Assembly (NCBI GenBank): GCA_964613505.1
Contig: CAZTHM010000001.1
Coordinates: forward strand, 1 to 47,978
Direction: 5' to 3'
DNA length: 47,978 nt
DNA from: an uncultured Acidobacteriota bacterium
GTDB lineage: Bacteria; Acidobacteriota; Terriglobia; UBA7540
Positions 42,493-47,978 of the stretch are shown here, one piece after another. The notes beneath the pieces are model-generated. The model had not been told where the DNA came from. It saw only the letters and a program-made list of their open reading frames with translations, and made no database searches. The translations under genes were made by a program, and so were the position numbers. Within the stretch, counting starts at the first letter, position 1; each line of letters begins with the position of its first letter.

Positions 42493-44562
42493 ATGCGGAT
42501 TCATAAGGGAATGGTCCTTCTAGCGACCATGGCGTTACTGGTCTGCGCCACGGCTGGGGGGGCGGACAAGACCAAGCTGGCGCCGCGCCACCGCGACTGG
42601 CTGGAAAAAGAAGTGGGGTACATCATCAGCAAGGAAGAGAAGGAGGTCTTCCTGAAACTCCCCACGGACGAGGACCGCGAAAAGTTTATCGAGCAGTTCT
42701 GGAAGGACCGCGACCCCACCCCGGGCACGCCGGAGAATGAGTACAAGGACGAGCACTACAAACGCGTCCAGTATGCCAACGCCTATTTCGGCGCCGAATG
42801 GAATAGCGACGGCTGGCGCACCGACCGGGGCAAGATCTGGATCGTCCTGGGGCCGCCGCAGGGCCGGCAGTTCCATACCAGCGGCGGGCAAATCTATCCC
42901 ATCGAGCTGTGGTTCTACAACAATCCCTTGGAGCCGTCTTTGCCGCCGTTCTTTTACGTGATGTTCTACCAGAAGGACGGCATGTCGGACTACCGCTTGT
43001 ACAGCCCGTACGTGGACGGTCCGGACAAACTCATCCGTGCCTCGGGCGCGGAGGGCAGGCGCGACAACGCCTACAAGTTTCTGGCTACTTACAACAGGGA
43101 ACTGGCGCGCGCCAGCCTGACCCTGATTCCCAGTGAGCCGGCCGACATTGATAGCCCGGCCTCGCTGTCCTCCGACACCATGCTGATGAAGGTCATTAAC
43201 ATCGCCAACGACAAGTTCCACAAGGAGCGGCTGGGGCTGGCGCGGCGGCTGCGGGAAAACGTGAGCATCAAGATCATCCCGGATATCTCGGCGCTGCGAG
43301 TGGCCGTGTTCCCTCTGCGCGATGCGGCCGGGCAGGAGTTTGTGCACTATTCGCTGCAAATCCTGGAGCCGCCGAACTACGCCTTGGGGAAATACAAGGA
43401 CAAGTACTACCTGGCCATGGAGGCGCAGATCAAGGTCCTGGACGCGCAGAAACGGCTGGTGTACGAAACGACCCGGGAAGCCACCGCTTACTACGAAGAA
43501 AAAGATCTGGACGAGGTGCGTTCGCGCCCGCTGAGTTTCGACGACCGTATCCCCCTGGTGCCGGGCAGCTATCAGATTGAATTTGGCCTTTTGAACCGGG
43601 TCACGCATGTTTACTTCAAGGCGAGTACATCGGTGCACGTGGAACCCTCGCCGGTCACCGCGCTGAAGATGGGCAAGGCGGTGTTCGTGCAGCATTGCGG
43701 GCCGGCGAAATCGGTGGACGAGCCCTTTGTGATGGGCAATACGCGGTGCAGTGTGCTTTCTGCGAACGAAGTACCACCAAGCGCGACCGCTACGCTTAAC
43801 GTGCTCTATCCAGTGTACTTACCCGATTCTCTGGACCGTTCGGGTCCGCCGCTGAAGGTGCGGTACACGGTGGGCAAACTGGACCGTACCATCACCAATC
43901 AGGTGACCGAGGATTCGCTCGACCGCAAGCGTTTCGATCGTCAAGGGACTCTGCTGGTGGGAAAATCGGTGCCACTGAAGGAGCTGGGCGCCGGGGCCTA
44001 CGTGCTGTCGGTGCAGATTAATAACCCGCTAACGCGTCAGACCTCGGGAGCCACCATCAATTTCAAGGTGTCGGGCAATGCCCTGCCGGGGCCCAATGTG
44101 CTGACCCCGGATTCGCCCGCCAAGGACACCGAGAATGGCAACAACGACTACTGGTGGGGCTTGAGCCGGCTGGCACAGAACGAAAAAGCGAAGGCCATCG
44201 AGTATTTCACCAGGGCCCTGCAGCGCAACGAGAAACACGCTGGCGCGCGCACCAAACTGGCGGCGCTGTACTTTGAGCAGGGGGATTTCAAACAGGTAGC
44301 CGCCCTGCTGGAAGCCAGCGGCCTGGATCAGATCTCCGATGTAGATACCCTGACCAAACTCATGACCAGCCTGGAAAAAACGGGGCAAATACAGAAGGCC
44401 ATCCAGGATGGAGAGTATGTGACCGCCCGGCTGAACCCCACTGCAGAACTATTTACGGAAATGGCCGGTTTTTATGAACGGGCCGGGCAAGCGGAAAAGG
44501 CCCAGAAGGCGCGCGGGGAGGCCCGAAAACTGGCGGAGGAGAAGAAGAAAAAGGCGAGTTAG
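42493..44562 (+). CDS. GWxTD domain protein with C-terminal TPR region
   Basis: ATG at 42493. Signal peptide. DGWRTDRGKIWIVLGPP (GWxTD motif). WFY..PFFYVMFY block. C-terminal TPR and a Lys-rich tail. Confidence 0.88.
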   Translation: MRIHKGMVLLATMALLVCATAGGADKTKLAPRHRDWLEKEVGYIISKEEKEVFLKLPTDEDREKFIEQFWKDRDPTPGTPENEYKDEHYKRVQYANAYFGAEWNSDGWRTDRGKIWIVLGPPQGRQFHTSGGQIYPIELWFYNNPLEPSLPPFFYVMFYQKDGMSDYRLYSPYVDGPDKLIRASGAEGRRDNAYKFLATYNRELARASLTLIPSEPADIDSPASLSSDTMLMKVINIANDKFHKERLGLARRLRENVSIKIIPDISALRVAVFPLRDAAGQEFVHYSLQILEPPNYALGKYKDKYYLAMEAQIKVLDAQKRLVYETTREATAYYEEKDLDEVRSRPLSFDDRIPLVPGSYQIEFGLLNRVTHVYFKASTSVHVEPSPVTALKMGKAVFVQHCGPAKSVDEPFVMGNTRCSVLSANEVPPSATATLNVLYPVYLPDSLDRSGPPLKVRYTVGKLDRTITNQVTEDSLDRKRFDRQGTLLVGKSVPLKELGAGAYVLSVQINNPLTRQTSGATINFKVSGNALPGPNVLTPDSPAKDTENGNNDYWWGLSRLAQNEKAKAIEYFTRALQRNEKHAGARTKLAALYFEQGDFKQVAALLEASGLDQISDVDTLTKLMTSLEKTGQIQKAIQDGEYVTARLNPTAELFTEMAGFYERAGQAEKAQKARGEARKLAEEKKKKAS

Positions 44563-44596
44563 CCACTTGTCACTCGGAAACCATCACCTCGGGTGG

Positions 44597-45193
44597 TTAA
44601 CCTCCAACATTTTCCAGAACGCCGTGCCGCGGGATTTCGTCCCGTGTCACGGTGAAGTTCAACGGCTGGTCAAAGTCCTCTCGTCCGACGGAAATCTTCA
44701 CCACGGTGCGCTTCGGGCCTTTCAACAGGTCCGCCACTTCGGCGGTGCTGAGCCCGTCGGTGGGCTTATCGTTCACTTTCAGGATGACGTCCCCGGGACG
44801 GATGCCCGCCCGATAGGCCGGAGAGCCAAAAAACGGCGCCAGCACCACCGTGTGGCCGTTGCGCGGCGCGACACTCATTCCCACCGCATACTTGCCCCGC
44901 TGGTCTTCCCGGAACAGGGCAACCTGGCGGGCGTCGAAGAAGCGGGAATAGGGGTCGAGCACGCGGAGCATTCCGGGGATGGCGCCGTTGTTGATCGCCC
45001 GCTCGACGTCCACAGGCTCCGCGTAGTTTTGCTCGACGATGGTCAACACGTGGCTGAAGTCCTTCACCACTTGCTGCACAAGATCTACGGGCCTCCGGTG
45101 CGGGCCACCGCTGCCGACGTGAGCGACGCCCAGCACGGCCGACACGCTCAGGACCCCGACTATGAGCAACGCGCCGCGACTTCTCGACTGCAT
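44597..45193 (-). CDS. Truncated S41 C-terminal processing protease: signal anchor + PDZ only (likely gene remnant)
   Basis: MQSRSRGALLIVGV.. AIPGMLRVLDPYSRFF .. GSPAYRAGIRPGDVILKVNDKPT .. VTRDEIPRHGV, then LENVGG and a stop. The whole S41 catalytic domain is absent. Confidence 0.65.
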   Translation of the reverse strand: MQSRSRGALLIVGVLSVSAVLGVAHVGSGGPHRRPVDLVQQVVKDFSHVLTIVEQNYAEPVDVERAINNGAIPGMLRVLDPYSRFFDARQVALFREDQRGKYAVGMSVAPRNGHTVVLAPFFGSPAYRAGIRPGDVILKVNDKPTDGLSTAEVADLLKGPKRTVVKISVGREDFDQPLNFTVTRDEIPRHGVLENVGG

Positions 45194-45230
45194 GAAATCC
45201 CCCTGCTGGGTACCCCGTTTGTCGGACACG

Positions 45231-46089
45231 CTAGTCCAAAGGTGGGATACGACCTTTGAAGAGTTCTTGGTGCCGCGCGGCAAATTGTGCCGGCGGCATT
45301 TTCAGTTTTGAATGGATACGAGTGTGATTGTAGGCGTAGATGGTCCGGTAGATCTCGGCGACAAGCTCTCCTACGTGCTCGAAGCGGTTCGGATCCCCGA
45401 GATCGAGTTTGAAGTGGGAGTAGAACGATTCCTGGTAGCCGTTCTCCCATGGCGAGGATTTGCGGCTCATGGAGATCCTGATGCCAATCTTCTCGACATG
45501 AGCCACGTAGCGCTTCGCGCGGTACTCGACGCCCTGGTCGGAGTGGAGAATGACGGGTAGCGGGTGTTGGGAGAGCGCATCCGCCAGAGCACCCATGACG
45601 AGATCTGCGGCATGTCGCGTGAGCAGCCGGAACCCCACCACCGTCCTTGTGCAGAGATCCATGACCGTAGCGAGGTAAAGCCATCTCGTGCGGAACCGGA
45701 TGTGGGTGAAGTCCGAGGCCCAAATGGCATGAGGTTTGGAGGGCCAGTGGGTGAGGAGCAGGTTCGGGTAGGGGGCAACCCCGCGAGAGTGCTTTTTCCA
45801 GAGCTTTTTCGGCCTTCTCCGGTACGGTTTGATGCCGAAGAGGCGCATGACGCGGCGGACCCGTTTCTTGTTTACCCGGAGGGCTAAGGCAAGGCGCTTG
45901 TGGCCGTAGGCGGGATGCTCGTGGAGCTCTTCCTCGATGTTTGTTTTCAAGATCCAGTCTTTCGGCGGTTTCCTCGGTTCGTAGTAGAGGGTGGATCGGG
46001 CGATGCCGAGAGAACAGGCGAGGTCCTTCGCGGTGACCCCGCGCACCTTCAGAGCCGGCATGAGGCTAGAAGCCAGCCGCCTTTTTTTT
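45231..46089 (-). CDS. IS3 OrfB (DDE/rve catalytic part), expressed only as an OrfAB fusion
   Basis: DDE candidates ASDFTH, LHSDQGVEY, PWENGYQESF. The frame is open from 46247. It lies in the +1 frame relative to orfA across A8 (46082-46089). Confidence 0.85.
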
Positions 46090-46332
46090 CTCGGCGGTAA
46101 GCTCCACGGTGAGCCTGCCGATGATTTCGAGAAGGGACTGATTCTCTCGTTTAAGCTTTCCGAGCTCAAGCAGCGAGGGAGGCGCGGAGACATCCTTTGA
46201 AAGCCAGTAGGCAATGGTGCTCTTGCCGATGCCGTGTTCCTCGGCAACTTTCGGCACCGGCTCTCCCTGCCTGATCCGTTCGATAATCTGCCTTTTTACG
46301 TCCAGAGGGGTGCGAGGTCCTGATTTTGGCAT
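46066..46332 (-). CDS. IS3 OrfA (HTH transposase subunit)
   Basis: 88 aa. HTH GIGKSTIAYWL, leucine-zipper-like LKRENQSLLEIIGRL. Ends just after the A8 run. Confidence 0.88.
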   Translation of the reverse strand: MPKSGPRTPLDVKRQIIERIRQGEPVPKVAEEHGIGKSTIAYWLSKDVSAPPSLLELGKLKRENQSLLEIIGRLTVELTAEKKKAAGF

Positions 46333-46421
46333 GGCGGTGTGGTTAGCTGGTTATTTCTACCCTACCGCCTTTGGACAAAGTGTCCAAGATTTGGGGTACC
46401 CGCCACCCGCTTCCTGTGCGT

Positions 46422-47159
46422 TCACCGGGCCACTCGGAAACCGTAGTCGGCATACTTGAATTCCGGCGGGATACTCGACCGCGCGGCCGAACGCGTTACC
46501 TTGACGTGGTGGCGCCAAGAACCGCCCCGGGATGCGCGCCGCGTGCCCGCCGCGGGGCCCCGCGGGTTCCGTTCGGAAGAGCGGTAGTAGTGGCGCGGGT
46601 CGTACCAGTCGGCGCACCACTCGTGGACGTTGTCGCCCATATTGAAGAGGCCATAAGGATTGGGTGCGTAGCGGCCCACCTGTTCCGGGCCAGTCTTCCA
46701 ACGCAGAGAATAGTCCGGCAGCGATTCGGGCGGCGTGTCGCCCCACGGGTAGGACTGTCCGTCGATGCCGCCGCGCGCGGCACGTTCCCATTCAGCTTCG
46801 GTCGGCAAGCGAAGACGGAGGTCGGTCACGTGAGTCAGCCACTCACAATAGGCGATGGCGTCCAACCACGAGACATTCACCACGGGCTGTTTGGGATGGT
46901 TGAAGCTCGCGTCGTCCCACTGGAGCGGCCTCGGATGGCGAGTGGCGGCGAGGAAGTGCGCGTAATCCGCGTTCGTCACCTGGAGGGCAGCCAGCTCGAA
47001 CGCGTCCACCCAGACGCGGTGCATGGGCTGCTCGTCGTCGCGGCCGGCGTCGTCGCCCATCCAGAACCAGCCCTCCGGAATGCGCCGCATCACCGGCTCG
47101 GAGAAATCCACGGAGGCACCGACAGAGCCACACAGCGAGTTGGAATCGAGCTGGTGCAT
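46422..47159 (-). CDS. Formylglycine-generating enzyme (SUMF1/FGE-sulfatase, C-type lectin fold) family protein
   Basis: 245 aa. IPEGWFWMGDD, RLPTEAEWERAARGG, NVHEWCADWY, RGGSW..YGFRVAR. Confidence 0.9.
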   Translation of the reverse strand: MHQLDSNSLCGSVGASVDFSEPVMRRIPEGWFWMGDDAGRDDEQPMHRVWVDAFELAALQVTNADYAHFLAATRHPRPLQWDDASFNHPKQPVVNVSWLDAIAYCEWLTHVTDLRLRLPTEAEWERAARGGIDGQSYPWGDTPPESLPDYSLRWKTGPEQVGRYAPNPYGLFNMGDNVHEWCADWYDPRHYYRSSERNPRGPAAGTRRASRGGSWRHHVKVTRSAARSSIPPEFKYADYGFRVAR

Positions 47160-47371
47160 GGGATGCCCACCTGTTTAACACGCTCTGGTCTGCAGAGCAA
47201 AGAAATGGCGCAAGGCAATACCGTTGGATAGGCTCAGCAAGATCGCTTCTTACGGGGGTGGCTTTCATCTGCTGCTTGGTCTTGGGCTCATTGATTGCAG
47301 GCGTGTCAGTTCTCCGCGAAAAAACATCCGTTTGTGAGGCGTCCAGACTTTGGACGGGCTGGTGTGAGTTT

Positions 47372-47950
47372 TCAAGCAGTTACGGAGACTAGTTCGGCCT
47401 GGTTTTTGACCTGGTTTTTGGGCAGGCCCAAGACGGCGCGTTGGGCCGTCCCCTTACTCAAACCTAGCTGCTTGCAGATCGTAGCCCAGGACTGCCCTTG
47501 GGCGCGAAGGCTGGCTATCGTCGTGTGATCCACGGCGACCCGCGGGCGCCCGAGACGCTTTCCCCTGGCCTTTGCTGAAGCCAACCCAGACCGCACGCGG
47601 TCCCGAATCAACTCTCGCTCGAACTCGGCGATACTGGCAAAGATTCCGAATACAAGGCGCCCGTTCGGAGTTGACGTGTCCACCCCTTCGTGCAGGCTCA
47701 CGAAGTCAATTCCCAGCGCGCGGAAGTCTTCGAGGGCGTTGACTAGTTGCCGCAGGCTTCGCGCGAAGCGGTCGTAGCGGTAAACAACGACTGCGTCCAC
47801 CTGGCGTTTGCGACATTCAGACAGCAAGCGGTCCAACGCCGGAGGCCGATGTGCGGCGCACTTGGCTGCGAGATCCTGTGTCGCTCCTCGAAACGAAGGG
47901 GACGCCAGAGGTACACGGCAAGCGCGAGGTCGCGAACTGGATGAGAACAC
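47372..47950 (-). CDS. Serine recombinase (resolvase/invertase family), N-terminal catalytic motif not recognisable
   Basis: DAVVVYRYDRFARSLRQLV, GIDFVSLHEGVDTSTPNGRL, ASIAEFERELIRDRVRSGL, GRPR, and a C-terminal HTH (QSWATICKQLGLSKGTAQR). The frame stays open to the window edge. Confidence 0.75.
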   Translation of the reverse strand: MFSSSSRPRACRVPLASPSFRGATQDLAAKCAAHRPPALDRLLSECRKRQVDAVVVYRYDRFARSLRQLVNALEDFRALGIDFVSLHEGVDTSTPNGRLVFGIFASIAEFERELIRDRVRSGLASAKARGKRLGRPRVAVDHTTIASLRAQGQSWATICKQLGLSKGTAQRAVLGLPKNQVKNQAELVSVTA

Positions 47951-47978
47951 AAGAGAAAAAATGGCGGAGAGGGTGGGA

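Larger units (their letters stand above)
45208..46401 (-). mobile_element. IS3-family insertion sequence, about 1.19 kb
   Basis: Imperfect terminal inverted repeats GGGTACCCC..GGACAC..GTCCAAAGG at 45208-45245, and reverse-complemented at 46365-46401. orfA and orfB overlap. No clear target duplication. Confidence 0.85.

Noticed and set aside
42535-43695. 386-aa minus-strand ORF. Similar long ORFs occur at 38993..39742, 37871..38389 and 39860..40354.
   Set aside because: These are antisense shadows of the GWxTD and TonB-receptor genes. They show no domain-like sequence.
44571-44582. 12-mer CACTCGGAAACC, also present at 46431-46442 (possible direct repeats around the protease-stump/IS3 block).
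   Set aside because: The flanks do not extend the match. Dozens of 12-mer coincidences are expected by chance in 48 kb.
46422-46560. The FGE C-terminus as a DGR variable region.
   Set aside because: No reverse transcriptase, Avd gene or template repeat is visible in the window. The C-terminus looks like an ordinary RGGSW..GFRVAR FGE motif. It is kept only as a check beyond the window edge.
1-47978. CRISPR arrays, rRNA genes, toxin-antitoxin pairs, retron/DGR/Abi-type defence genes.
   Set aside because: Reading both strands, I found no regularly spaced direct repeats and no signature proteins (Cas, RT, nuclease-NTPase pairs).

Overview
High-GC chromosomal segment whose gene content looks Acidobacteriota-like; that is an inference from the Cna/carboxypeptidase-regulatory TonB receptors, the GWxTD protein, the CadC-like regulators and many DUF/NTF2/SRPBCC stress genes. 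I support about 55 protein genes, one tRNA-Glu(CUC), one tRNA-Ser-like remnant, and two insertion sequences. One is an IS481-like element 268 bp downstream of the tRNA; the other is an IS3-family element near the right end.

Recognisable genes include queF, ada, an AdaA-AlkA fusion, ilvE-type BCAT, an M20 dipeptidase, an arginase-family enzyme, Tat-PhoD, cytochrome P460, an ArsR-SRPBCC operon, and LysR/AraC/GlxA/CGNR regulators. There is also a 6-gene translationally coupled operon of unknown function and a TonB-receptor/TPR/GWxTD envelope cluster. The right end looks rearranged: a PDZ-only stump of an S41 protease, IS3, an FGE-family gene, and a serine recombinase with a degenerate N-terminus. 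No CRISPR array, rRNA or recognisable defence system was seen.

The most unusual signal is a dispersed 60-85 nt intergenic element with the near-invariant core RTGGACRYTTTCGGACCTGAWTCC. It has three clear copies and two degenerate ones. Two inverted pairs of it bracket gene cassettes that contain no transposase: a TolB-like propeller gene, and a CadC-like regulator plus DUF1223.

Other notable points:
- A 4-copy 'GKTW' beta-barrel-like paralog family, including an in-frame tandem fusion.
- An IS3 whose orfB lies in the +1 (not -1) frame across an A8 run.
- A tRNA-Ser remnant beside an AT-richer cupin gene.

All coordinates come from manual reading. Start codons are often chosen among alternatives, and GC statements are by-eye estimates, not computed.
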